From: Gaiellales bacterium
GTDB taxonomy: Bacteria > Actinomycetota > Thermoleophilia > Gaiellales > JAICJC01
Reading direction: 5' to 3'
NCBI GenBank assembly: GCA_036273515.1
Contig: DASUHM010000049.1
Coordinates: 963 to 64,962 of the forward strand
DNA: 64,000 nucleotides
Shown here: positions 17,541 through 26,742 of the stretch, piece by piece
Numbering within the stretch: the first letter of the stretch is position 1
Layout: every line of letters starts with the position of its first letter
Translations under genes and position numbers: made by a program
The notes under the pieces: model-generated
Seen by the model: only the letters and a program-made list of their open reading frames with translations
Database searches by the model: none
What the model was told of the DNA's origin: nothing

Positions 17541-18694
17541 CCGATGCGATCGCCGGCCTCGCGGAGGGCTACCGGGAGCGGCTCCGGCGCGAGCTGCTCG
17601 ACCGGCCGCCGGGCGGCGACCTGCGCGTCGCCGCCGAGCGGGTGGCGTGGGAGCTGCTCCACGGCGATCGCGTCGCGCTCGACCCGGCGGACGCCCGCCG
17701 GCTCGTGGCCGGGATCGTCGACGACACGGTCGGCCTCGGGCCGCTCGACCCGCTGCTGCGCGACCGCGGCGTGACCGAGGTGATCGCGAACGGCCCGGGC
17801 CGGGTCTATGCCGAGCGGTCGGGCCGGCTCGTGCGTGAGTCGGTCGCGTTTCGCGACGAGGAGCACCTGCGCCAGGTGATCGATCGCGTCGTCAGCTCCG
17901 TCGGCCGGCGCGTCGACGAGTCCAGTCCGATGGTCGATGCCCGCCTTCCGGACGGGAGCCGGGTGAACGCGGTGCTTCCCCCGATCGCCCTCGACGGCCC
18001 GCTGCTCACGATTCGGAAGTTCGCGCGGGCGCCGTTCCGGGTCGACGACCTGGTCGCGGCGGGCAGCCTCACCCCCGGGCAGGCGGATCTGCTCGAGCGC
18101 TGCGTCCGCGGGCGGCTGAACGTCGTCGTCTCGGGCGGCACCGGGACCGGGAAGACGACGCTCCTGAACGCGCTCGCTGGCTTCATCGACCCGGCCGAGC
18201 GGATCGTCACCGTCGAGGACGCCGCCGAGCTGCGGCTGCCGCAGCCCCACGTCGCCCGGCTCGAGAGCCGGCCGCCGAACGTCGAGGGCCGCGGCGAGGT
18301 GACGCTCCGCGCCCTCGTGCGCAACGCGCTTCGGATGCGCCCGGATCGGATCGTCGTCGGCGAGGTGCGCGGCGGCGAGGCGCTCGACATGCTCCAGGCG
18401 ATGAACACCGGGCACGACGGCTCGCTCACCACCGTCCATGCGAGCTCGCCGGGCGACGCCGTGCGCCGGATCGAGACGATGGCGCTCATGGCCGGGCTCG
18501 ACCTCCCGCACGTCGCCGTGCGCGAGCAGGTTGTCTCGGCGGTGGACGTGATCGTCCACCTGGTCCGCGACGGCGACGGCTCGCGGCGGGTGCGGTTCGT
18601 CGACGCCCGCGGCCGCGACGGCCAGCTGCACATGCTGGACCCGCGGCTCCTGAGCGAGCTCGAGGAGCGCCGATGCGCCTACGGCGGTCCCTGA
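17537..18694 (+). CDS. tadA: TadA/CpaF secretion ATPase
   Basis: GTGA overlap. Walker A GGTGTGKTT, Asp box, Walker B RIVVGEVRGGEA, His box TGHDGSLTTVHA. Confidence 0.9.
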   Translation: MTDAIAGLAEGYRERLRRELLDRPPGGDLRVAAERVAWELLHGDRVALDPADARRLVAGIVDDTVGLGPLDPLLRDRGVTEVIANGPGRVYAERSGRLVRESVAFRDEEHLRQVIDRVVSSVGRRVDESSPMVDARLPDGSRVNAVLPPIALDGPLLTIRKFARAPFRVDDLVAAGSLTPGQADLLERCVRGRLNVVVSGGTGTGKTTLLNALAGFIDPAERIVTVEDAAELRLPQPHVARLESRPPNVEGRGEVTLRALVRNALRMRPDRIVVGEVRGGEALDMLQAMNTGHDGSLTTVHASSPGDAVRRIETMALMAGLDLPHVAVREQVVSAVDVIVHLVRDGDGSRRVRFVDARGRDGQLHMLDPRLLSELEERRCAYGGP

Positions 18695-19227
18695 GCGCGC
18701 AGGCGCAGGCGGCTCAGCTGGCGCTGGTCGTCGAGATCCTCGCGGCCCACGTTCGCGCCGGCCGGTCGCTCTCGCAGGCGCTCGTGGATGCGGTCGAGGA
18801 TGCGCCCGAGCCGATCGACGCGCGTGTCGGGGCCGCCGCAGCGGCCGCGGCGTTGGGAACGCCGGTCGCCGATGCACTCGGAATGCTCGGCGACAGCCCC
18901 GACGTGGCATACCTCGCCGCCGCGGTGCGCCTGCAGATACGCGCGGGCGGCGATCTCGCGCTCCTGCTCGAACGCACCGCCGAGCTCCTGCACGAGCGCC
19001 GCGCCCAGCGCCGGGCGGCCGAGGTGGCGACTGCACAGGCCCGGGCGACCGGCCGGATCGTCAGCGGGATGCCGGGCCTCGGGGTGGCGGCGCTCTACCT
19101 GGCCGATCGGCCCGGGTTCGACCTGCTCGTGCGCGCGCCGCTCGGATGGGTGGCCCTGGCGATGTCGGCCGGCCTGGCAGCGCTCGGCCACGTGTTGATC
19201 CGGCGGCTGTCCGAGGTCGACCCGTGA
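18673..19227 (+). CDS. tadB: TadB-like type II secretion system F-domain protein
   Basis: T2SSF-type region with a C-terminal TM pair. Follows tadA with a 22-nt overlap. Confidence 0.65.
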   Translation: MRLRRSLSAQAQAAQLALVVEILAAHVRAGRSLSQALVDAVEDAPEPIDARVGAAAAAAALGTPVADALGMLGDSPDVAYLAAAVRLQIRAGGDLALLLERTAELLHERRAQRRAAEVATAQARATGRIVSGMPGLGVAALYLADRPGFDLLVRAPLGWVALAMSAGLAALGHVLIRRLSEVDP

Positions 19228-20021
19228 TCGCCTGGCTACTGCTCCTCGCGGCGGCCTTCACGCTGTCCGAAGCTCGTCGCGCCGCCGTCCGCGACCGCCG
19301 CCTGAACCCGCCTGAACGGGCTCGCGGCGGAAGCCCGTCGGTGCGTCTGCTCGAGGCGGCCGGGCGCGCGCCGGCGGCGCTGCTCGCGACGCGTGGGGTG
19401 GATGTGCCGCCGTTCCGGGCCGGCGCGGTGGCGGTCGCGGGCGGACTCGCCGTCCTCGCGCTCACGGCCATCGGCGGAGTGACCGGGATCCTGGCGGCGC
19501 TCGCGGTGGCCGGCTTCGGCGCCGCCTATCCGGCGTTGTGGATGCGCGCCGCTGCGGCCCGCCGCGCGGAGCGGATCGAGCGGCGGGTTCCGGAGCTCGT
19601 CGAGCTGGTCGCGAGCGCCGTCGCCGCGGGCGTCGGCCTGGACGCGTCCCTGCGCGGGGCGGGGGAGGCGGTCGGCGGTGAGCTGGGCGCCGAGCTCGAC
19701 CTCGCGTACGCCAACATCGGCCTCGGCCGGCCGCGCGCGGACGAGCTGCGCGACCTGGCCGCCCGGACGGGGTCGCCGTCGCTGGCGCGGCTGGCGCTCA
19801 CGCTGCGGCTGAGCGACCGCCTCGGCGTCCCGTTGGCGGAGTCTCTGCGCCGCCAGGCCGATCGCGCGAGGACGCAGCGCGCCCGCGCGGTCCAGGAGCG
19901 GGCGGCGAAGGCCGGGCCGCGGGTGCTCGTCGTCGTGGTGTTCGTGCTCGTGCCGGCGGCGCTCCTCCCGCTCGTGGCCGCCGTGCTCCTGACTGTCGCG
20001 GGCTCGTTGTCGGGTTTCTGA
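19224..20021 (+). CDS. tadC: TadC-like type II secretion system F-domain protein
   Basis: GTGA overlap. N-terminal TM helices, T2SSF-type central region, C-terminal TM pair. Confidence 0.65.
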   Translation: MIAWLLLLAAAFTLSEARRAAVRDRRLNPPERARGGSPSVRLLEAAGRAPAALLATRGVDVPPFRAGAVAVAGGLAVLALTAIGGVTGILAALAVAGFGAAYPALWMRAAAARRAERIERRVPELVELVASAVAAGVGLDASLRGAGEAVGGELGAELDLAYANIGLGRPRADELRDLAARTGSPSLARLALTLRLSDRLGVPLAESLRRQADRARTQRARAVQERAAKAGPRVLVVVVFVLVPAALLPLVAAVLLTVAGSLSGF

Positions 20022-20077
20022 CGAAAGCCGCACACGTCGTCACCCACACGTGACGCTTGCATCTCTAGCCTCGAACC

Positions 20078-20332
20078 ATGCATCGCGGTCAGGCCACCAT
20101 CGAGTACGTCCTCCTGCTGACGGCGCTCATGGTGGGCCTGTGCGTGCTCGTGCGCTACGAGACCCCGGTGCGCTGGTTGGCGCGCGCGATCACCCACGCG
20201 CTCCCGCATCGGCAGGGTGGCGGAGGTGGCGGCGGCCACGGCCACGGGCCCGAGCACCGCCGGCCGTATCCGTGTGTGTGTCCGCAACCCGAGGAGGTGG
20301 GCCGGTTGACGTCGCCGTCACCAGGGGATTAA
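20078..20332 (+). CDS. flp: Flp-family type IVb pilin precursor
   Basis: Class III leader and Flp motif MHRG|QATIEYVLLLTALMVGL (G-x4-EY). Unusual Gly/His-rich C-terminal tail. Confidence 0.65.
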   Translation: MHRGQATIEYVLLLTALMVGLCVLVRYETPVRWLARAITHALPHRQGGGGGGGHGHGPEHRRPYPCVCPQPEEVGRLTSPSPGD

Positions 20333-20387
20333 TCTGTGTCCGCATCGGCCAGGTCGTGGGGAGGTCGGGCATCGTGAGGCGGTTCGC

Positions 20388-21749
20388 GTGAGCGGCCATG
20401 GGCGAGTGAAGGACGGGAGCACACCGTCGCCAACGCCGCTGGTCCCGCTCGAGCCGGACGTCGTGGGGGCGCCGCCGTCCGGACCCGGATACCGCATTCC
20501 GAGCAAGCGCCGGCGCCGCCGCTGGCTGATGGCCTTCCTGGTGGTCTGGACGCTCATCACCGTCGGAGTGGGCCTCGCCTGGTACCAGTACGGGCGCCTC
20601 TCGCACGAGCTGCGGGTCTCGAACGGCCGCGTCGGCGGGCCGCTCAAGCACGCGCTCACGCCGGCGCCGGCCGGGGCGCCGCGGCAGACGACGCTCGTCG
20701 CCGGGATGGGCTCGAACGGCCATCTCGCCGGTGCGGTGATCCTGACGCGGATCGACTCGACGAGGCACGCCGTCGAGATCCTCACCGTGCCCTCCACCGT
20801 TCTGCTCGACGGTTCGCAACAGGTGGGCGACGTGGTGCGCGCGGAAGGCGTCCCTGGCGTCATCGGGCTGCTCGAGCACAACCTGGGCCTGCCGGTCAAC
20901 CATGTCCTCCTGATGCAGCTCGCCCAGGCGGGGTCGATCGTGCGCTCGCTGGGCGGGATCGAGATCACGAACCCGGCCCCGGTGCCCTACGATGTGAGCG
21001 GCGGCCGCGGCGTGTTCCCGGCCGGTCGCGTTGCGCTCACCGGCCGCACGGTGCAGTGGTACCTCGATCCGACCGAGCGTCCGGTCACGACCGCCCCGGA
21101 CGTCCGCCAGGCGGCGGTGGCCCGGGGCGTGACGGACAAGCTGGTGCACCTGACCACGCCGTCGGCGATCACGGCGGTGGGGCACACGATCTCGCGCAAC
21201 TTCACGACCGACCTCTCCACCGACCCGGTGCTCGGGCTGGTCGCCGGCCGGCTGCGTGCGCACCGGCTCGTCGAGTGCCGCCTCGGCGCGGGCGCCGACC
21301 TCACGCAAGGCTCGCGGCTGCCGGCGATCGCCGGCTTCGAGACGGCGGCTCCCGGGGCATCGTGCTCGTCGGTCCCTCTGCAGACGAAGCTTCCGGCGGC
21401 AGGTGTGGCCGCCACCATCATCGCGACACTCGTCACCCACGGCGGGTCACGCGCGCTCTACTGGCTCGTCGTCGCCACGATCGCGATCTGGGGCATCGCG
21501 GCGTGCGCCTGGATCCTGATGCTTCCGGCCGTCCGCGGCGTGCGCCGGCTGCCGCGCCGGTCGCTGCCGCCGCGAGGGAGCAGGCGCCCGCACCTCGCGC
21601 TGCCCCACGTCAGGCTGCCGGAGCGTCCGCCCCGGGCCTACGGGCGCCTCCGCCGCAGCCGCCGGCACATCGCCGTGACGGGGCTTCGCGTGCTCTCGGT
21701 GCCCGTCTCGATCGGCCTCGGCATGCTGATCGCCTATCTGCTCTACTGA
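20388..21749 (+). CDS. LytR-CpsA-Psr (LCP) family protein with extra C-terminal TM helices
   Basis: Cytoplasmic N-terminus, TM anchor, then an LCP-like core (TTLVAGMG...AVILTRIDSTRHAVEILTVPSTVLL...NHVLLMQL). Confidence 0.55.
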   Translation: MSGHGRVKDGSTPSPTPLVPLEPDVVGAPPSGPGYRIPSKRRRRRWLMAFLVVWTLITVGVGLAWYQYGRLSHELRVSNGRVGGPLKHALTPAPAGAPRQTTLVAGMGSNGHLAGAVILTRIDSTRHAVEILTVPSTVLLDGSQQVGDVVRAEGVPGVIGLLEHNLGLPVNHVLLMQLAQAGSIVRSLGGIEITNPAPVPYDVSGGRGVFPAGRVALTGRTVQWYLDPTERPVTTAPDVRQAAVARGVTDKLVHLTTPSAITAVGHTISRNFTTDLSTDPVLGLVAGRLRAHRLVECRLGAGADLTQGSRLPAIAGFETAAPGASCSSVPLQTKLPAAGVAATIIATLVTHGGSRALYWLVVATIAIWGIAACAWILMLPAVRGVRRLPRRSLPPRGSRRPHLALPHVRLPERPPRAYGRLRRSRRHIAVTGLRVLSVPVSIGLGMLIAYLLY

Positions 21750-21818
21750 TCGGCGGGTGGCGATCGGCGCGGTGGCGCTCTTCAGGTTCTCTTAGCCCGC
21801 CCAACTAGTCTTTGATAC

Positions 21819-22703
21819 ATGGCGGACCAAAAGACGCGCCAGCATCGCCGTGCCGCCGAGCGCGAGCGCGGCGAGCGGCTCACATCGAAACCGACGCAGG
21901 CGAAGGGGCGGAACCCGATGCTGCTCGCGATCGGCGGGATCGTCGGCCTGCTCGTCGTGATCGCGGCCCTCGTCGGCGCGAAGCTGCTCCAGAGCTCGCC
22001 CGCGCCGGCCAAGCGCACCGGCCTCGCGCCCGCCTCGGTCGTCCACGACGTCTCGACGGTGCCCGCCTCGACGTTCAACACGATCGGCGCGGTCAAGGGC
22101 ATCGGCGGGATGAGCAAGATCGGCGGGACGCCGCTCGAGCAGGACGGAAAGCCGGTCGTGCTCTACATCGGCGCCGAGTATTGCCCGTTCTGCGCGGCCG
22201 AGCGCTGGCCGCTCGTGGCGGCGCTCGCGCGCTTCGGCACCTTCACGAATCTGGGCGCGACCCACTCGGCGACGAACGACGTCTACCCGAACACGCCCAC
22301 CTTCTCGTTCAAGAACGCGAAGTATGCGAGCAAGTACCTGGCGCTACAGACCGTCGAGCTCTACGGCAATCGCCCGGTGAACGGCAAATACCCCCCGCTC
22401 CAGCGGCCGACCGCGCAGCAGAACGCGCTCATCCAGAAGCACGACTCCCATGGCACGATCCCGTTCATCTACATGGGCAACTACCTGCAGCTGGACGCGA
22501 GCTACAACCCGCAGATCCTGGCCGGGATGTCGATGCAGCAGGTGGCGCACGCGATGCGTGACACGAACACCGACCAGAGCATCGCCATCCTCGGCACCGC
22601 GAACCAGATCACGGCCGCCCTGTGCGCGCAGACCGGCGGGCAGCCCGGGAACGTGTGCTCGACGCCCGGCGTGACCGCGGCGGCGGCGCACCTGCCGAAG
22701 TGA
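21819..22703 (+). CDS. DUF929 thioredoxin-like membrane-anchored protein
   Basis: TM anchor plus the signature YIGAEYCPFCAAERWPLVAAL. Confidence 0.75.
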   Translation: MADQKTRQHRRAAERERGERLTSKPTQAKGRNPMLLAIGGIVGLLVVIAALVGAKLLQSSPAPAKRTGLAPASVVHDVSTVPASTFNTIGAVKGIGGMSKIGGTPLEQDGKPVVLYIGAEYCPFCAAERWPLVAALARFGTFTNLGATHSATNDVYPNTPTFSFKNAKYASKYLALQTVELYGNRPVNGKYPPLQRPTAQQNALIQKHDSHGTIPFIYMGNYLQLDASYNPQILAGMSMQQVAHAMRDTNTDQSIAILGTANQITAALCAQTGGQPGNVCSTPGVTAAAAHLPK

Positions 22704-23203
22704 TCGCGGCGTCGGCGAGCGACGCAGGCCGCTCGGCCGGCCGGCCGGTGCCTGGATGGGTGATCGCCGCCTCGGCGATCCTCGTGCTGATCGGCCTGGC
22801 CGACGCCGTCTACCTGACGATCACGCACTTCACGACCACCGTGCACCTGGCCTGCTCGGGCAGCGGCACGATCAATTGCGAGAAGGTGACGACGAGCCCG
22901 CAGTCCTACATCCTCGGCATCCCGGTGGCGGTGCTCGGCCTCGTCTTCTTCGTCGTCTACGCCGGCCTGTGTGCGCCGGCCGCCTGGCGCACGCCGGAGC
23001 CGCTCCTGCGCTACGCCCGCCTGGCGTGGGCCATCGGCGGTGTGGTCACGGTCGTCTACCTGATCTACGCCGAGCTCTTCGAGATCGACGCCATCTGCCT
23101 GTGGTGCTCGCTCGTGCACGTCGTGACGATCGCGCTCTTCACCGTGGTGGTCGTGGGGGAGGCGCTGATCGAAGGCGCCCCGTCCAGCGCCCCGGCCGGG
23201 TAA
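22700..23203 (+). CDS. Vitamin K epoxide reductase (VKOR) family protein
   Basis: GTGA overlap with DUF929. Loop cysteine pair CSGSGTINC and active-site CLWC in a TM helix. Confidence 0.8.
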   Translation: MIAASASDAGRSAGRPVPGWVIAASAILVLIGLADAVYLTITHFTTTVHLACSGSGTINCEKVTTSPQSYILGIPVAVLGLVFFVVYAGLCAPAAWRTPEPLLRYARLAWAIGGVVTVVYLIYAELFEIDAICLWCSLVHVVTIALFTVVVVGEALIEGAPSSAPAG

Positions 23204-23214
23204 CATCCGCGCCC

Positions 23215-23313
23215 ATGACGAGCCCTCCGACTTCGACGTCGCGCTGGTGGGTGCTGGTGATGACGCTGGCGCTCGTGGGGGTGCTGGTGCTGATCGTCTA
23301 CGTGAGCAAGTAG
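23215..23313 (+). CDS. Possible 32-aa single-pass membrane peptide
   Basis: ATG at 23215. MTSPPTSTSRWWVLVMTLALVGVLVLIVYVSK. Short, so speculative. Confidence 0.3.
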   Translation: MTSPPTSTSRWWVLVMTLALVGVLVLIVYVSK

Positions 23314-23318
23314 CCGCC

Positions 23319-24722
23319 GTGGCCGCGGCCGCACCCTCCGCAGACATCGTCAGCGAGAACCCCGCCGACCCGGCCGACCGCATCGGGACGTTCGTGCCCG
23401 GCGGCGGCATCGACGTCGACCGGGCTGTCTCCGCCGCGGCCGCCGCCGCGCCCGGCTACGCGGCCCAGCCGGCGCAGGCCCGCGCCGACGCCCTGAACCG
23501 GGCCGCGGCCCGCGTCGAGGCGCGGGCGGCGGAGCTGGCAGAGCTGATCCGCCGCGAGGTGGGGAAGCCCGTGCTCGAGGCCCGCGGCGAGGTTGCCCGC
23601 ACCGCCGCCATCCTGCGCTACCACGCCCAGGCCGCCCTCGACCCCGACGGCGACACGTTCCCGTCCGGCGACGGCCGCTCGCTGCTCATGGCCCGGCGCC
23701 GCCCCCGCGGCGTCGTCGGCCTGATCACGCCCTGGAACTTCCCCATCGCCATCCCGGCCTGGAAGCTCGCGCCCGCGCTCGCCTACGGCAACGCGTGCGT
23801 GTGGAAGCCCTCGCCGTTCTCGCCCGCCTGCGCCGCGGCGCTGCTCGAGTGCCTCGCGCCCGAGCTGCCGGCGGAGGTCGTCCACATGGTGCAGGGCCGC
23901 GCCGACGCCGGCGCCGCCCTCGTCGGCCATCCCGGCGTGCACGCGATCTCGTTCACCGGCTCGGTCGCGACCGGGAACACCGTCGCCCGGATGGCGGTCG
24001 AGCGCGGCGCGGCCGCCCAGTGCGAGATGGGCGGGCAGAACGCCTCGATCGTGCTCGCCGACGCCGACCTCGAGGCGGCCGCCGCCACGATCGCGACCGC
24101 TGCGATGGGCTACGCCGGCCAGAAGTGCACCGCCACCAGCCGCGTCATCTGCGACGGCGCGATCGCCGCAGGGATGCGTGAGGCCCTGGTGGCCGCGGTC
24201 GAGGGCCTCGCCATCGAGGATCCGGCCGACGAGGCCTGCCGGGTCGGGCCGCTGATCTCGGCCGACGCCCGCGACGCCGCCGCCGCGGCGGTGAAGCGCG
24301 GGGTGGAGGCGGGCGGGAAGCTGCTCGCCGGCGGCGCGGCGCTCGACGCTCCCGGCAACTACCTGGCGCCGGCCCTGGTCGAGGTCGACGACCGGTCCGC
24401 CGAGCTGGCCCAGGAGGAGATCTTCGCGCCGGTCTGCGCCCTCATGCGCGTCGACGGGGCGGACGCGGCCGTCGAGCTCGCAAACGGCGTCCGCCACGGC
24501 CTCGTCACCGCCGTCTTCACGCGCGACCTCGACCGCGCGCTCGACCTGGCCAACCGGCTCGACACCGGCCTCGTGCGCATCAACCAGCCCACGTCTGGCG
24601 TCGACCTGCACACGCCGTTCGGCGGCGAGAAGGCATCCGGCCTCGGCCCGCGCGAGCAGGGCAAGGCCGCGCGCGAGTTCTACACCAGCCTGCGCACGGT
24701 GTTGATCTCACCCTCGTGCTAG
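23319..24722 (+). CDS. NAD(P)-dependent aldehyde dehydrogenase
   Basis: Start at in-frame GTG 23319. Catalytic Glu (CEMGGQNA) and Cys (GQKCTATSR) motifs, plus FTGS. Confidence 0.85.
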   Translation: MAAAAPSADIVSENPADPADRIGTFVPGGGIDVDRAVSAAAAAAPGYAAQPAQARADALNRAAARVEARAAELAELIRREVGKPVLEARGEVARTAAILRYHAQAALDPDGDTFPSGDGRSLLMARRRPRGVVGLITPWNFPIAIPAWKLAPALAYGNACVWKPSPFSPACAAALLECLAPELPAEVVHMVQGRADAGAALVGHPGVHAISFTGSVATGNTVARMAVERGAAAQCEMGGQNASIVLADADLEAAAATIATAAMGYAGQKCTATSRVICDGAIAAGMREALVAAVEGLAIEDPADEACRVGPLISADARDAAAAAVKRGVEAGGKLLAGGAALDAPGNYLAPALVEVDDRSAELAQEEIFAPVCALMRVDGADAAVELANGVRHGLVTAVFTRDLDRALDLANRLDTGLVRINQPTSGVDLHTPFGGEKASGLGPREQGKAAREFYTSLRTVLISPSC

Positions 24723-24742
24723 GGTAGTCACGAGGTCTATAA

Positions 24743-25441
24743 GTGGCCGAGGCCCAACATCCGCGCGTCGCCGCAGATGTCGCCGTGTTCGCCTTCCTGG
24801 ACGGCGCCATGAACGTCCTTCTCGTCCGCCGTCGCTACGAGCCGTACGAGAGCTACTGGGCGCTGCCCGGCGGCCTGCTCGAGCCGGACGAGACGCTCGA
24901 GGAGGCGGCCGAGCGCGAGCTGCGCGAGGAGACTGGCGTCACCGACACCTACATGGAGCAGCTCGCCACCTTCTCGCAGGTCGACCGCGACCCGCGCGGG
25001 CGGGTGATCTCGTGCTGCTACCTGGCCCTCGTCGACGGCGGCCGGGTACGGCTGCGGCCGGGGTCGGACGCCCGCGAGGCGGCCTGGCGGCCGCTCGAGG
25101 CGCTGCTGCGCGAGACCGACGAGGGCACCGTGCTCGCCTTCGACCACGACCGCATCCTGGCGTACGCCCGCCAGCGGCTGGCCTACAAGCTCGAATACCA
25201 GAACGTGGCCTGGAGCCTCCTGCCCGAGACGTTCACGCTCTCGGAGCTGCGGCGCGTCTACGAGGCCGGCATCGGCCGGGCGTTCGAGCCGAACAACTTC
25301 CGCCGCATCGCCCTCGGCTGGGGCGTCCTGGCCGAGTCGGGCGAGCGGCCCACCGGCGGCCGCCCGGCCGCGACCTACCGCTTCGCCGACACGCGGCCGC
25401 TGATCCTGGCCCAGAGCGCCCGCTACCGGAGGTCGGGATGA
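24743..25441 (+). CDS. nrtR: NrtR-type Nudix-related transcriptional regulator
   Basis: Nudix box GGLLEPDETLEEAAERELREETGV, then a C-terminal winged-helix segment LLPETFTLSELRRVYEAGIGRAFEPNNFRR. Sits before NAD salvage genes. Confidence 0.75.
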   Translation: MAEAQHPRVAADVAVFAFLDGAMNVLLVRRRYEPYESYWALPGGLLEPDETLEEAAERELREETGVTDTYMEQLATFSQVDRDPRGRVISCCYLALVDGGRVRLRPGSDAREAAWRPLEALLRETDEGTVLAFDHDRILAYARQRLAYKLEYQNVAWSLLPETFTLSELRRVYEAGIGRAFEPNNFRRIALGWGVLAESGERPTGGRPAATYRFADTRPLILAQSARYRRSG

Positions 25442-26742
25442 TCGCCTGGCCGCCCGTCGAGCTCATGACCGACGAGTACCAGCTGGCGATGGCCGACTCG
25501 TACCTGGCCCAGGGCAAGGCCGAGGGCGAGGTCGCGTTCGAGCTCTTCGTGCGGGCCATGCCGCCCGACCGCGGCTTCCTGGTGGCGGCCGGCCTCGAGC
25601 GCGTGTGCGAGTACCTGACGACCTTCCGCTTTGGAACGGAGGCGGTGGACTACCTGCGCCGCTCGCGGACGGTCAGCGACCCGCTGCTGCGCCATCTGGC
25701 GTCCCTGCGGTTCGAGGGCGGCGTCGACGCCGTCCCCGAGGGCACGGTCGTCCACGCCGGCGAGCCGCTCGTGCGGGTCGAGGGCGGCCGCCTCGTCTGC
25801 CAGCTGGCCGAGACGTTCCTGCTGAACCAGGTGAACTTCCAGACCATGATCGCGACGAAGGCGGCCCGCATCGTCGGCGCCGCCGGCTGGCGGCCGGTGA
25901 TCGACTTCGGCTTCCGCCGCGCCCACGGCGCCGACGCGGGGCTGCTGGCGGCCCGCTCGGCCTACATCGGCGGCTGCTCGGCCACCGCCACCGTCGCGGC
26001 CGGCTACCTGTGGGGCATCCCGACGTCGGGGACGATGGCGCACAGCTACGTGCTCTCGTTCCCGACCGACGTCGAGGCGTTCTGCGCGTTCATGCGCGAC
26101 CACCCCCACCGCTCGACGCTCCTGATCGACACCCACGACGCCCTCACCGGCGCCCGCGCCGCCTGCCAGGCGGCCCAAATCACCGGGATCGTGCCCCAGG
26201 CGGTGCGGCTCGACTCCGGCGACCTGGTCGAGATGACGACCGCGGTGCGCGGGATCCTGGACCGGGGCGGCTGCACGGAGACGAAGATCGTGTGCTCCGG
26301 CGACCTCGACGAGTACCGCATCGCCAAGCTGCTCGCCGCCGGTGCGCCGATTGACGGGTTCGGCGTCGGCACGGCGCTCACGACGTCGAACGACGCGGCC
26401 GCGCTCGGCGGCGTCTACAAGCTCGTCGAGAGCGACGGCCGGCCGGTGATGAAGGCGGCCGGGACGAAGTCGAACCTGCCCGGCCGCCATCAGGTATTCC
26501 GCACGGTGGCGGGCGACACCATCGGCCTGGTGGGCGAGGAGGTCGTCGGCCAGCCGCTGCTCCAGCCCGTCATCCGCGACGGCGCGCTGATCGAGCCGCT
26601 GCCATCGCTGGGCGAGATCCGCGACCGCGCCGCCGCCCAGGTCGCCGCGCTGCCCGAACGGGTACGGGCACTGCGCGACCCCGACACCCAGCCGCCGGTG
26701 CACTCGCCCCGGCTTGCAGCCCTCGAGGAGGAACTCTCATGA
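25438..26742 (+). CDS. pncB: Nicotinate phosphoribosyltransferase
   Basis: ATGA overlap. N-terminus LMTDEYQLAMADSYL. Length and motifs fit the NAPRTase family. Confidence 0.85.
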   Translation: MIAWPPVELMTDEYQLAMADSYLAQGKAEGEVAFELFVRAMPPDRGFLVAAGLERVCEYLTTFRFGTEAVDYLRRSRTVSDPLLRHLASLRFEGGVDAVPEGTVVHAGEPLVRVEGGRLVCQLAETFLLNQVNFQTMIATKAARIVGAAGWRPVIDFGFRRAHGADAGLLAARSAYIGGCSATATVAAGYLWGIPTSGTMAHSYVLSFPTDVEAFCAFMRDHPHRSTLLIDTHDALTGARAACQAAQITGIVPQAVRLDSGDLVEMTTAVRGILDRGGCTETKIVCSGDLDEYRIAKLLAAGAPIDGFGVGTALTTSNDAAALGGVYKLVESDGRPVMKAAGTKSNLPGRHQVFRTVAGDTIGLVGEEVVGQPLLQPVIRDGALIEPLPSLGEIRDRAAAQVAALPERVRALRDPDTQPPVHSPRLAALEEELS

